Source of the DNA: Felis catus
Lineage: Eukaryota
Direction of reading: 5' to 3'
DNA: 64,000 nucleotides
Assembly: GCF_018350175.1 (NCBI RefSeq)
Contig: NC_058373.1
Coordinates: 112,780,001 to 112,844,000, forward strand
The notes beneath the pieces are model-generated. The model made no database searches. It was not told the DNA's origin and was given only the letters and a program-made list of their open reading frames with translations. Every line of letters begins with the position of its first letter. Positions within the stretch are counted from its first letter, which is position 1. A program made the position numbers and the translations under genes. Of the stretch, positions 25,433-37,935 are shown piece by piece.

Positions 25433-25661
25433 TAAAATATTATAGGTCTCAATTGTTAATTCTAATTTAAGGAAACAGTAAAACAATTTTCAGTAAGCAA
25501 GATCTGTGATGGAATAAGCTTGTGCCCTCTAAACTGATACGCTGCTCAAATTCAGGCTTATGCATAAACAGAGCAAATGGTAACCCTTTGAATATATTTT
25601 GAGGTACACTGAAAAATCTACAGGTATCAAACACTTGTCTCCACTGGCTCATCTTCTAAAA

Positions 25662-25872
25662 GAAAACAGGCTCTAGAGTTAAACTACTTATGTTCAAACA
25701 TTAATTTCTCCATTTGCATTAACTTGCATAAGTGCTCAGTGTCTTGGTGCCTCTGTTTCCTCATCTGTAGAATGAGGACACTAACTGTATCTACCCCATG
25801 GGTTGTTATGAGGATTAAATAGTGAAATGCTTGGTACACAATAATCACTCAATAAATGTTAGCTGCTATTGT
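25662..25872 (+). mobile_element. MIR
   Basis: GCCTCTGTTTCCTCATCTGTAGAATGAGG...CACTCAATAAATGTTAGCTGCTATT. Confidence 0.8.
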
Positions 25873-26234
25873 TACTACTACTAGCACTACTAGTATTAAT
25901 GTTATTATTATAATAATTATTCTTTGGAATGAAGGCATTGTCTCAAAAAACTACCTCAATGAAAATCCTGTTTGGGGTAACAGATTAAGCCTTTAGAATC
26001 CATCGATTTTAGGTAAATTTATCAGATAATTTGACTGCCACCCCTGAGGGCCTAGTTCTAAGAAAGAAAGGGAAAGCCTAGAGGACGCAGGTCAGGGTTG
26101 GGTACCACTTTTAATCACTCTCTCCTTGAAACAATTATCTTCCTTGACATTGTTCTCTCCTTTTATTTTTTTTATTTGTGTTTTCTATTTTTCCTTAATT
26201 TTTCCCTAACATAATTTTTCCTTAATATATCCTT

Positions 26235-26618
26235 AATATTTTTTTTCAATTTCTTTTTTAAGTTTTTATTTAAATTCCAGTTAGTTAACATACAGTGTAA
26301 TATTAGTTTCAGGTGTACAATATAGTGATTCAGCAATTTCATACAGTACCCGGTACTCATCATAACAAGTGCACTCCTTAATCCCCATTACCTATTTAAC
26401 CCATCCCCCCATCTACCTCCCTTCCGATACCGTCAGTTCTCTATAGTTAATTTAAGTCTGTTTTGTGGATTTTCCTTTCTCTTTTTCTCTTCCTTTGCTT
26501 ATTTGTTTTGTTTCTTAAATTCCACACATGAATGAAATCATATGGTATTTGTCTTTCTGTGACAGATTTATTTCACATAGCATAATAGTCTATCTCCATC
26601 TATGTCATTGCAAATGGT
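26235..26618 (-). mobile_element. Carnivore L1 3' end
   Basis: Reverse 3'UTR TTAAATTCCAGTTAGTTAACATACAGTG... Confidence 0.88.
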
Positions 26619-26629
26619 GTTCCCTCTTT

Positions 26630-27738
26630 TAAACTGTTTCCTCTTTCTCTAGCTTCTTTGAAGGCTCCTACTTTTGGCTCAGCCATTAAATATCGGTTAT
26701 TTTTCAGAGTTCTCCCTTAGACTTTGCATTCACACTGTATTCTATATGGGTAAGGTCATCCACCTACAAAGCTTCAGTAAACCTAGGTCTTTTCCCTAAA
26801 CTTCACACTGATATTTCTTTTTTTTTTAACTTTTTTTAAACGTTTATTCATTTTTGAAAGACAGAGACACAGTGTGAGCGGGGGGAGGGGCAGACAGAGA
26901 GGGAGACACAGAATCCAAAGCAGGCTCCAGGCTCTGAGCTGTCAGCACAGAGCCAGACGTGGGGCTCGAACCCACACACTGTGAGATCATGACCTGAGCT
27001 GAAGTCAGATGCTCAACCAACTGAGCCACTCAGGCACCCCCACACTGATATTTCTAATCATCTACTGTAAATCTCTTGTTGGATATTCCAGAAGTATCTC
27101 ACACTCAACATGACCAAAGTTAAATTTATCGTCTCAATGCTCTTCTTCACAATATCTGAAAGAATCCACCTACTTATCCAAATGAAACCTCTTTACAGTG
27201 TTTTTTTATCCCTTTTTCTACAACCATTTTTTATCTTTCTGAATAAAATCTAAACCTTTCATACTCCTTTAATGATTTTCACCATTTAATAGCTTCTTAT
27301 TTGTTCTTAAAGTTCTAACTCCTTAAAATTGCTTACAATCTAGCTTCTGCTTACCTCTAGTTTTACTTCTGCCACTTCCATCTTGAATTCAGTGCTGCAA
27401 TTTTCAATTTCCCCAAATGTTTTTCTTCTATCTTTCCTCCTAGATAACTCCTACTTATCCTCCGTTTCCTCCAAAAGGCTTTTGGTCAACTTCCAAAGCT
27501 GAGCAAAGTACCCTTCCTGTGTTCTCCTCTAGTGCTCTGCAGTTCTCTTACTTTATTGCAAGCCCATTACAGCATAGTGCTTTTCTCCCTTTTCAACTAT
27601 TTCCTCAACTCCATCCTAAGCTCCTTGCAGTAATTGATCTATCTTGTTCCCAGTAATTGATCATACCGTTCCCAGGATCTATGACAATGACTGTCTCTCA
27701 ATAAATGAGTCGAATGGGTGAGTGAGTAAATAAATGAA
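26630..27738 (+). mobile_element. Degraded L2 fragments, split by a SINE
   Basis: CTCAACATGACCAAA motif; ends CTCAATAAATGAGT..GAATGGGTGAGTGAGTAAATAAATGAA. Confidence 0.6.
26818..27040 (-). mobile_element. Feline CanSINE
   Basis: TSD CACACTGATATTTCT. Confidence 0.94.
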
Positions 27739-28116
27739 AGGAAAACCTTGGGCAAGCAGAGTAGGGAAATGATAGCAGAGCTTCCAGAATAAGACAAGAG
27801 AATGGAAACAGTGAAGGAAAATGATCAACATAAGCAAGAACATTACTTTTTTTTTTGTTACCGATGCTATTTTTTCCTTAACTCCTCCTTCTGTTCAAAT
27901 TATTTCAAGTTTTTATTCCAGCCCTTCTTTCATTCATCCTCACTAGTGTCACCAGATTCAGGACCTGTAACCTAGAGTATATTATCATACGTTTTGGTCC
28001 AGTCTTATGCTTTTCAATCTGTCCTAAGTAGATAAGTCTTCTAGTTAAATTTCTTGCACCTTGCTATTAAAAACCATGGAGTTTTGTTTTTTTCTTTATG
28101 AGAAAAAATTCTTAAA

Positions 28117-28330
28117 GGGCACCTCGATGGCTCAGCCGGTTAAGCATCCAACTTTGGCTCAGGTCACAATCTCGCGGTTCATGGGTCCAAGCCCCACGTC
28201 AGGCTCTATGCTGACAGCTCAGAGCCTGGAGCCTGCTTCAGATTTTGTCTCCCCCTTTCTCTGCCCCTCCCCTGCTTGTGCTCTGTCTCTCTCCCTTTCT
28301 CTCAAAAAATGGATAAACATAAAACAAATT
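28117..28330 (+). mobile_element. Feline CanSINE
   Basis: Head, body and tail; AAATTCTT on both flanks. Confidence 0.92.
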
Positions 28331-30009
28331 CTTTAAGAGAATTATAAAATAGTCCTTGAAGAAGTATGTTAATTTCTTGTAGTTCTTATTTTTAGAAGAA
28401 TTTTCCTAATTCTCTCCTGCTGTGATCTTATTCCTTACCCTCTTGATTGGCACTTACTGGACCAAACAACTGCTTATCATCACTTATTTAGTTTCTCTTT
28501 ACATAAGTAAAGATAATTAGCAGTTCACTTCCATAAATATTTATTGAGGTACTATTTATAAGCACTGCCCTTCTCAACTTCCTCATCTAATCTAAGTAAA
28601 TCAACTGTTTCTTTCATATATCTTCATGTAGCTTATTTACCAAGTTCTCAAAATTTTTCTTTTTTATGAAACCTAATACATTCATAAGTAGTGTTTGCCT
28701 TCAATTTAAATTTGATCTTGTTTTATTTTATATGAAAAATTATGACTCATTTATTACTTTTAATCATTTTTTTAGCCTCTTCATCGTCAATATTTTATCT
28801 CATATAGCTAAAAACACTGTTAATGAATCATGGAAAAGGAAGTCCGACCCTTCTTTTCTCCACAGAGACACTAACTTAACAACAATATACGGACCAAAAT
28901 ACCTTTGTGAGAATTCCACAAACCAGTTAAGAAATTGCAATGCCCCAGGTGAGCGCAAAGCTAAGAACAAGCCAAGAAAAGCTGCATTAAAATGGGAAAG
29001 ACTCTAAGCCAGCACAGCTTATTATGATCATCAGAAAACACCCAACTTGTAGCCTCTCACTGGAAGGAGAAGGAGAGTGAAGCATGGAATGTATATCCAA
29101 TGTTTCAACTTTTGAAGACTGCCCAAGGAACTGGTTTGTCTCATCTGACTTAGAGTGCTGATAAAACCAGCATAGTTTGGGTGCCTTGGGGCCACGGAAA
29201 GCAAGTGAGAGCAAGGGCAACTTGCAGTGACACTAGAGAGCCTAAAATAATGCAGAGGCTGGCATAGCTCAGTGTGGTGGGGAGAAAGCATGCAACTCCC
29301 AGCTCATCCTCTGGGAAGAAGGGAAAAGAGTGTAGCATGCATGCAGCAGTTCAGTTTGTGGGGGAGGGTGCTACGCAAAGGATTGGTTTCTGTCTCTTCT
29401 GACTTAGGGTACTTGAGCTGACACACTTTGGATGCTAAGAGGCCACTGAGATTAAAGGAGAGCAGTTGACTTGCTGCTGCAGCACCAGAGAGACTGCAGT
29501 GCTGCAGGCAAACACCAGAGGGAGTAAGATTATGGGCTCCTGAAAAAGAAACCTGCAAACCTTTGATTAGGAAGTTACATACACAGCCAATAGAAATCAC
29601 AAAACCCTCATATTCTGTAGCTGGGCTGTTTGGTGAATGTCTTCCTCTGTACAAAGCCATTCTGTAAAGACTGGGAGATGTGGCTGTTTTTCCAAATGCA
29701 TAAAACTCAGGAAAAAAATCACAAGGTACATGAAGAAACAGAGAAACATGATTCAATCACATTAACAAAATAAATCTCCAAAAACCAACCCCAAAGAAAC
29801 AGACATCTATGAACTTCCTAACAGAGAATTCAAAGTAATTTTCTTGAAGCTAAATGAGCTGCAAGAGAATACAGATACACAACTATGCAAAATCAGGAGA
29901 ACAATGCATGAACAAAATGAGAATATCAACAAAGACATAGAAATAATTAAAAAAAACAACCAAGCAGAAATTATGGAATGAAGAATAACTGATTTGAAAA
30001 TTTCACTAG

Positions 30010-30215
30010 AGGGGTGCCGGGTGGCTCAATTGGTTAAGCATCGGACTCTTGATTTCCGCTCAGGTTATGATCTCGCAGTTTGTGATATTGAGCCCCACTT
30101 CAGGCTCTGCACTAACTGCCTGGAGTTTGTTTGGCATTGTCTCTCTCCTTCTCTCTCTGCCCCTCCTCTGCTTGCTCTCTTTCTCTCAAAATAAATTTTA
30201 AAACTTTGAAAAAAA
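30010..30215 (+). mobile_element. CanSINE in L1 ORF1
   Basis: Flanked by AAAATTTCA(C/G)TAGA. Confidence 0.9.
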
Positions 30216-32138
30216 AATTTCAGTAGAAGCATTCAGTAGCAGACTAAATCAAGCAAAAGGAAGAACTTGAAGAAATATCATTTGAAATTATCAATTCAGA
30301 AGAAAAAAATGAAAATAAATGAAGACAAGTGAAGAAAGCCTAAGGAATTTATAGGGCAACATCAAGCAAACCAATATATGCATCATGAAACTTACAGAAG
30401 GAGAAAAGTGAAAGGGAGAGCTTATATGAAGAATTAATGGCTGTAAGTCTCCAAAGAGGCTTACATTAAGGCACATGACAAACTGCCAAAAGTTAAAGAT
30501 AACTAAATCTTGAAAGTAACAAGAGCAACTCATAATGTTTAAAGAAGTTTTTATATGATTATCAGTGGCTTTCTTAGCAAAAGCTTTATGGGCCAGAAAG
30601 GAGTAGGATGATATATCCAAAGTCCTGAGAGGAGAAAAACAGCCAACCAAGACTACTGTTTCCAGCAAAGCTGTCCTTCAGAAATTAAAGAGAAATAAGG
30701 ACTTTTACAGGTAAGCAAAATATGAGGAGTTTGTCACCACTAGACCTGCCTTACAAGGTCTTCGTTTCAGTTTGCAGTAAATTGAAATAAAAGGACAAAT
30801 TGCAAATTGAAACAAAAGGATGCTAGACAGCAACACAAATGCATATTGAAATATAAAATTCACCAGCAAAGGTAAATATATAAACAAATACAAAAATCTG
30901 TAATATTGTAATGGTGGTATGTAAAGCACTTTTGATTTTGGTGTAGAGTTTAAAAGATAAAATCACAAAAACTATAAGACTATGTTAATGGATACACATT
31001 TGTATTTGTGATTTGTAACATCAATTAACATAAAGTATGAATGGGAAGACATAAAAGGGTAGAGTTTTTGTATATGACTGAAGTATTATCAGCGTGAAAT
31101 AGATTGTTGTAACTCTAAGATGTTTTATGTAAGTTTCATAGAAACCACACACACACACAAAATATAAAATATACACAGAAAGAAATGAGAAGAGAATCAA
31201 AAGTCTATACAAAAAAAATCAATGAAACACAAAGAAAAGCAGCAGGAGTAGAAAAGAGGGACAAAATAACCACACGACAGACAAAATTTTTTCAATGGTG
31301 ATAGTCAGTCCTTCCCTATCTGTACTAACTTTAAAAATAAATGGATTAAACTCCCCCATCAAAAGACGTAGGGTGGCTGAATGGATTTAAAAAATAAGAT
31401 ACAACTATATACTTTTTACAAGAGATTTACCTTATATATAAATATACACATAGGCAAAAAGTAAAAGTATGGAAAAAGTTATTCCATATAAATGGTAACC
31501 AAAAGAGAGCAGGAGTGGCCATGCTTGTATCAGGCAAAATAGAGTTTAAGTCAAGAACTGTTATAAGAAACATTATATAATGATAAAAAGGTCAATTTCA
31601 TACAATGAAAGATAAAACAATTATAAATATATAAGCACCTAACATTAGAGTACCCAGATATACAAAGCAAACATGGACAGAGTTGAAGCAAGAAATAGAT
31701 AGTAACACAATAATAGTAGGATTCAATATTCCACTTTTAATAATGTATAGAATAACCAAACAGAAAATCAATAAGGGAACAGAGGACTTGAACATTATAA
31801 AATGATTTGACCTAATAGATACGTACAGAACACTGCACCCATCAACAGCAGAATACATATTCTTCTCATACATATTCAGAGAACATTCTCCAGGACAGAT
31901 CAAATATTGGACCACACACAGACACAAAAAAAGCCTTAACAATTTAAAACTTACAGGATGCAACAAAAGCAATAACACAGGGAAGTTTATAACATAAATG
32001 CCTATACTAAAAGAGAAGAAAGACCTCATTAGCAACCGAACTGTACATTTCAAAGAACTTGAAAAAAAAGAACTAAACCCCAAGTTAGAAGAAGGAAAAA
32101 AAATAATAAATATTAGAGCAGAAATAAATGAAATAAAT

Positions 32139-32345
32139 GGGGCACCTGAGTGGCTCAGTCATTTAAGCATCCAACTCTTAATTTTGGCTCACTTCATCAT
32201 CTCCTGGTTTGTGAGATTGAGCCAGTGTCATGCTCTTTGCTGACAGCATGGAGCATGCTTTGGATTCTCTCTCTCTGCCCCTTCCCCACTTGTGTTCCCT
32301 GTCTCTCTCACTTTCTCTCTCAATAAATAAACGTTTTTTTAAAAA
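32139..32345 (+). mobile_element. CanSINE in L1 ORF2
   Basis: Flanked by TAAATGAAATA. Confidence 0.9.
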
Positions 32346-33242
32346 GAAGTAAATGAAATAGAGAATAGAAAAATAATAGAAGAAATTAACAAAACAGTTG
32401 TTTGTTTTTAACATTAGTTAATTTGACAAACTCTTAGCCAAACTGAGAAAAAGAGAAAAGACTCATTTACTAAAATTAGAAATGAAAAACAAGACAACTG
32501 ATGCCACAAAAATAAAAAAACATTATGAGACTACTTTGAACAATTACATTCCAACTAATTGGATAACCTAGAAGAAATGGATAAATTTCTAGAAACATAC
32601 AACCTACCAAAACTGAATCATGCAAAAACAGAAAATCCAAACAGACCTAATAACTAGTAAGGAGATTGAATCAGTAACCAAAAGCTTCCCAGCAAAAAGA
32701 CCAGAACCAGATGACTTCACTGTAGAATTCTACCAAGCAATTAAACAAGAATTAATGCCAGTTCTTCTCAGATTCTTCCAAAATATTGAAAAAGAGGGGA
32801 CACTTCTGAACTCATTTTCTGAAGCTATCATTACCCTGAGCCAAAGATATTATGAGAAAACTACAAACCAATATCTCTTCTGAACATAGATGCAAAAATC
32901 CTAGGCAAAATACTAGAAAACCAAATTCAACAGCACAGTAAAAGATTGTACACTGTGAACAAGTGAGGTTCATACTTGGGATACAAGGATGATTCAACAT
33001 ACAAAAGTCAATCAACATATACCAAATTCATAGAACAAAGAGCAAAAACCACATGATCATTGATAGATGTAGAAAAAGCATTTGACAAAATTCAACATCC
33101 TTTCATGATGAAAATACTCACCAGATAGGAATAAAAGGAAATTACCTCAACATAATAAAAGCTATATATGAAAAGCCTGCAGGTAACATTATACTCAGCA
33201 GTAAAAAATTGAAAGCTTTTGCTTTAAGATCAAGAACAAGGA

Positions 33243-33457
33243 CAGGTGCTGGGTGGCTCAGTTGGTTAGGCATCTGATTTCAGCTCAGGTCATGATCTAG
33301 TCTGTGAGTTCAAGCCTCACGTTGGGGCTCTATGCTGAAAGCTTAGAGCCTGGAGCCTGCTTTGGATTCTGTGTCTCCCTCTCTCTGTCCCTCCCCTGCT
33401 CATGCTGTTTCTGTATCTCAAAAATGAGTGAACATTTAAAAAAAATTGTTTTTTAAA
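33243..33457 (+). mobile_element. CanSINE in L1 ORF2
   Basis: Flanked by AAGAACAAGG. Confidence 0.9.
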
Positions 33458-33633
33458 AGAACAAGGCAGGAGTAGCTGCTTTCACCACTTCTATTCAATA
33501 TGGTACTGGAAGTTCTAGCCAGAGCAGTTAGGGAAGAAAAGCAAATAAAGACATCCAAACTGGAAAGGAAGAAATAAAATGATCTCTGTTCACAAATGAC
33601 ACAATCTTATATGTAGAAAACCTGAATTATGCC

Positions 33634-33649
33634 TGTGTGTGTGTGTGCG

Positions 33650-33689
<40 letters not shown>
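33634..33689 (+). repeat. (TG)n-(CG)n-(CA)n compound, self-complementary microsatellite inside L1
   Basis: tgtgtgtgtgtgtgcgtgcgcgcacacacac... Confidence 0.92.
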
Positions 33690-33690
<1 letters not shown>

Positions 33691-34126
33691 CTGTTAGAAT
33701 TAAGGAATTCAACAAAGTTCCAGTATACAAACTCAGAAATCCAAAATCAGTTGTGTTTCTATATGCTAACAATGAACAGCCCAAAAGGAATTAAGAAAAC
33801 AACCCCATTTCAGTATCATCAATAAAGTAAAATACTTAGGAATAAACTAAACAAGGAAACAAAAGACATGTACACTGAAACTATAAAATATTGGTGAAGG
33901 AATTTTAAAAGACACAAATAAATGGAAAAACATCCATTACTCATGGTTTAGAAAACTTAATGTTGTTAAAATATCCATACTACCCAAAGCAATCTAATGA
34001 TTCAGTGCAATCCCTATCAAAATTCCAATGACATTTTTGTCAGAAATAGAAAAACCATTCTTTCAGTGAAAAAATCTGGTGTGCCTGGGTGGCTCAGTCA
34101 GTTATCACTTTAAAAAATAAAGAGAA

Positions 34127-34581
34127 GGGACGCCTGGGTGACTCGGTCAAGTATCTGACTTCAGCTCAGGTCATGATCTTACAGTTCACGAGTTCAAGCC
34201 CCAAGTTGGGCTCTGTGCTGACAGCTCAGAGCCTGGAGCCTATTTTAGATTCTATTTCTCCCTCTCTCTCTCTCTCTCTCTCTCTGTTCTTCCCCTGCTC
34301 ATGCTCGCTTTCTCTCTCTCTCTCTCAAAAATAAACATTAAAAAAATTTTTACTAAAAAAAATTCACTGAAAAAAATCAAAAGATTTTTTTAAAATTTAT
34401 TTATTTTGGGGGGGGGGGCACATGTGAGTAAGAAAGGGGCAGAGAGATAGAGAATCCCAAGCAGGCTCCGTGCTGTCAGCACAGAGCCCAACATGGGGCT
34501 CAATCTCACGAGCCATAATACCATTACCTGAGCTGAAATCAAGAGTCCAGTGCTTAACTGACTGAGCCACCCAGGCAACCC
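34127..34581. mobile_element. Tail-to-tail inverted CanSINE pair (+ 34127-~34350; - ~34385-34581)
   Basis: Plus-strand head at 34127; minus-strand head ...TGAGCCACCCAGGCA at ~34563-34577. Confidence 0.9.
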
Positions 34582-36866
34582 AAAGGATTTTAAATAGCCA
34601 AAACAGTCTTGAGAAAAAACAAAGCTGCAGGCTTCACATTTTGTGATTTCAAAACATATTATAAAAATACATTAATTAAAATAGTGTGGTTCTGACATAA
34701 GACAAACATATAGACCAATGAAACAAAACAGACAGCCCAGATATAAACTGTCACGTATATGGTCAAATGATCTTTTGCAAGGGTGCTAAAACTACACAAC
34801 GGAAAAAGGATGGTTTCTTCAATGAACAGTGTTGGGAAAACTAGATGTCCTCTTGCAAAAAAAAAAATAGAGATTGACAATCTTATACCATGTACCAAAA
34901 TTATCTCAAAATGGATTGAAGACTTAAGCATAAGACCTGAAACTATAAAATTAGAACACATAAGGGGGAAATCTTCATGATATTGTAATGGACAATCAGA
35001 GGACACAACACAAACACCAGCAACGAAAGCAAAAATAGGCAAATGGGACTACATTAAACATTAAAACTTCTTCACAGCAAAGTACACAATCAACAGAATG
35101 GAAAAGCAACCTATAAAATGGGACAAAATAGTTCTACACCATTTATCAGGACTTAATATCTGGAATATAGAAGGAATTCCTACAATTCAACAAAAACTAC
35201 AAAAATCAATTAAAAAGTGAGCAAAGCGTTTGAATATACATTTTTCCAAAGAAGATATGTAAATGCCCCATGCATGTGACAGGATGCTCAACATCACTAA
35301 TCATAAGGGAAATGCAAATCAAAACTGCCACCATCAAAACAACAGAAATAAGTGTTGGTAAGGATGTGGAAAACTTGGAACCCTTGTGTACTATTAATAA
35401 TGGGATGGTAAAACGGCACAACTACTATGAAAAACTTTAAGGAAATTCCTCAAAAATTAATAGTAAAACTACCATATGATCCAGCAATCCCACTTCTGAG
35501 TATATATCAAAAAGAATTTAAAACAATATCTCAAAGAAATATTTGCATATCCATGTCCATTGCAGCATTATTCACAATAGCTTCTAAAGCCTAAATATCC
35601 ATCAGCAGATGAATGAATATATGCATACGGTGGAATATTACTCAGCCTTTAAGAAAAATCCTGTCATATGCTCCAACATGAATAAAACTTGATACATTAT
35701 GCTAAATGAAATAAGCCTGTCACAAAAGGCAAATACTACATAACTCAACTTATCTGAGATAGCTAAAATAATCAAAATCCTAGAAACAGAAAATAGAATG
35801 GTGGTTGCCAGAGGCTGGAAGGAGGTGGGGCATTTGTTCCATAGGTATAGAGTTTCAGTCACACAAGATGAAAAACCTTTCTCTCCCAAACTCCAAACTC
35901 CTTTTGTTGTTACATACTGGAATCACCACCTGATATTCTGCTGGCATCTCACACTTCCCTCATCAGAAACCAAATTTAGTACCCTTCAAGTTGTCTCTTT
36001 GTTGCTATCTTAATGTCACTCCCACTTGGTGTCATAACCAAACTTGAAATCTCACCACAATATTTACCTCTCCTTCCCAAAGCACAGTCATAGAACTATT
36101 TGTTAATGACTCTTCTAAATATTGTTTTTCCAATTCCCATTATATTAGTTCAGGCCTTCTTCATCTATAGCCTCTAGGATCGTAATAGCACACTTACTGC
36201 TCTTCCTTCCAATCTGCTATCAGTCAAGTATTACATTTTTTATGTATCACTTCTCTATTAAAAATCTTGACTAACTCTCCATTTTCTACAGTACTAAGCC
36301 TCTTCAAATCCTGTCTGCAACTGAAATAACCAGCCTTATGCCTTATGGGGAGGATACTTCATCCTCTCCACCTCCAACCTCATTAGGTGTTCCCTCATTC
36401 TCTGAAAGTACTTTCAAATCTCAATTATTTTGTTCATTCTGTTTCAGATGTTGCTCACTTTTTCTTATTGTTTAAAGCTCAGTTGTCACCTCCTTGTGGA
36501 ACTTTACCATGTGTACCATCAGAATTAGTTTTTCCTTTTTCTGCATTATCATACATAGTTTTTTTGTTTTAACATTAAAACATAAGCATGTACTTGTTAT
36601 TTTGTTTTTGGTGGGTTTTTTTTTTCATTTTCCTTAAAATGCAGTCTGACTTCTGTGTTCATGCGACTGAGAAATAGGAATCTCATCTTATTTACCTCAG
36701 CATTACTGCCTAATGTTTCATAAAGTACCTTACATGGAGAGAGTATTCAATTTATATTTAGTAAATGAAGTAATATTTAGTAATGAAGTTGAAGGAAAGA
36801 AAGTCCCCTTAGTATGATATAGGAAAAAGCACACCAAACTAAAAATCTGGACATCTGGTCTTTTCA

Positions 36867-37125
36867 TTTTTTTTTCATCTTTTTTGTTTTACATTTATTT
36901 ATTTTTGAGACGCAGAGAGACAAACCACAAGCAGGGGAAGGGCAAAGGGAGAATGAGACACGGAATCCAAAGCAGGTCCAGGCTCTAAGCTGTCAGCACA
37001 GAGCCCCTCCCCACCCCCCACCCCCCACCCCCGTCCCACCCCCCTACAGAGCTCCAGCTCACAAACTGTGAGATCATACCTGAGCCAAAGTTAGATGCTT
37101 AACTAACTGAGCCACCCAAGCACCC
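36867..37125 (-). mobile_element. CanSINE with internal C-rich expansion
   Basis: TSD CTGGTCTTTTCATTTT; C-run tract at 37004-37044. Confidence 0.9.
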
Positions 37126-37449
37126 CTGGTCTTTTCATTTTGATGTACTATCTATTTAGACATATACCATTGAGCTAATTTTTCAACCTTTCTATGGTAG
37201 AATTTGTAGTCCACAAGAAATCTTTATAGGTGTCACTCTTATGCTTATAAACTTCAAAATATTGGCTTACATGATAATGTTATGTAAATTGTTTCCAATT
37301 GGCTTATTTGGTAAAGTTCAAACTCCAAAGCCTAACATTCAAGGGCCACCATGGTCTGGTTTTAGTTACTTTTCCAGCCTCAACCCCCTCTGGTCCCCAT
37401 TAGGAATCCAGTGCTCTACAATATTTATCTCTACATTTTTCTCTAATCA

Positions 37450-37935
37450 TATTGTGTCTAGTCTCACCTTGGCTGCTGTATCACTTAGTCCTGGCAGGAG
37501 TCAAATGACACACTCAAACAAGATAATGGAGAATTTAATAAAGGAACTAGTTACAACAGAGTAGCCAGGGTTAAGGAAAAGCAAGATAAGTTGAAGAACT
37601 TTGGGGGCTAGCAACAGCACGAAATTGTTACTACCCTTAAGCCTCAAGGAGTCAGGGAAGGGAGTAATTGTCGAAAATAAGTCTTTGAGGCCTGTCTCAC
37701 AGAACTAATGGTTTTTATTAAAGGAACATAACCACTGCCAACCAGCAGACAGGAGGCCAAAGGAATAAATATCTTGTCTGAACTGTTTTTCTCTCTATTC
37801 TCCTGCTAATGCTTTCCATTGGCTGAACTCAAGCAGAAGCCACAGGTACAAGGATTCTATTGGTCCTATCCATAAACACTAGCCTATTGGGGCACACAGA
37901 GCAGGGTAGAGAAAAGTGGAGAGGGTTGTGTGAGA
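37450..37935. mobile_element. Probable old MLT/ERVL LTR remnant
   Basis: CCATTGGCTGAACTCAAGCAGAAGCCA...GGGGCACACAGAGCAGGG motif. Confidence 0.5.

Larger units (their letters stand above)
28830..35877 (+). mobile_element. Near-full-length but decayed old L1 (5'UTR, ORF1, ORF2, 3'UTR; L1MA/MB-like) with several SINE insertions
   Basis: ORF1-like sequence ~29750-30760; endonuclease start NGLNSPIKRRRVAEWI ~31340-31387; degenerate RT motif LFTNDTILY ~33586-33612; 3'UTR ...GGTATAGAGTTTCAGT...GATGAAAAA. Confidence 0.9.

Noticed and set aside
25186..25452. ORF nearly identical to 43288-43557, suggesting a duplicated gene
   Set aside because: Both are antisense readings of young SINEC_Fc copies
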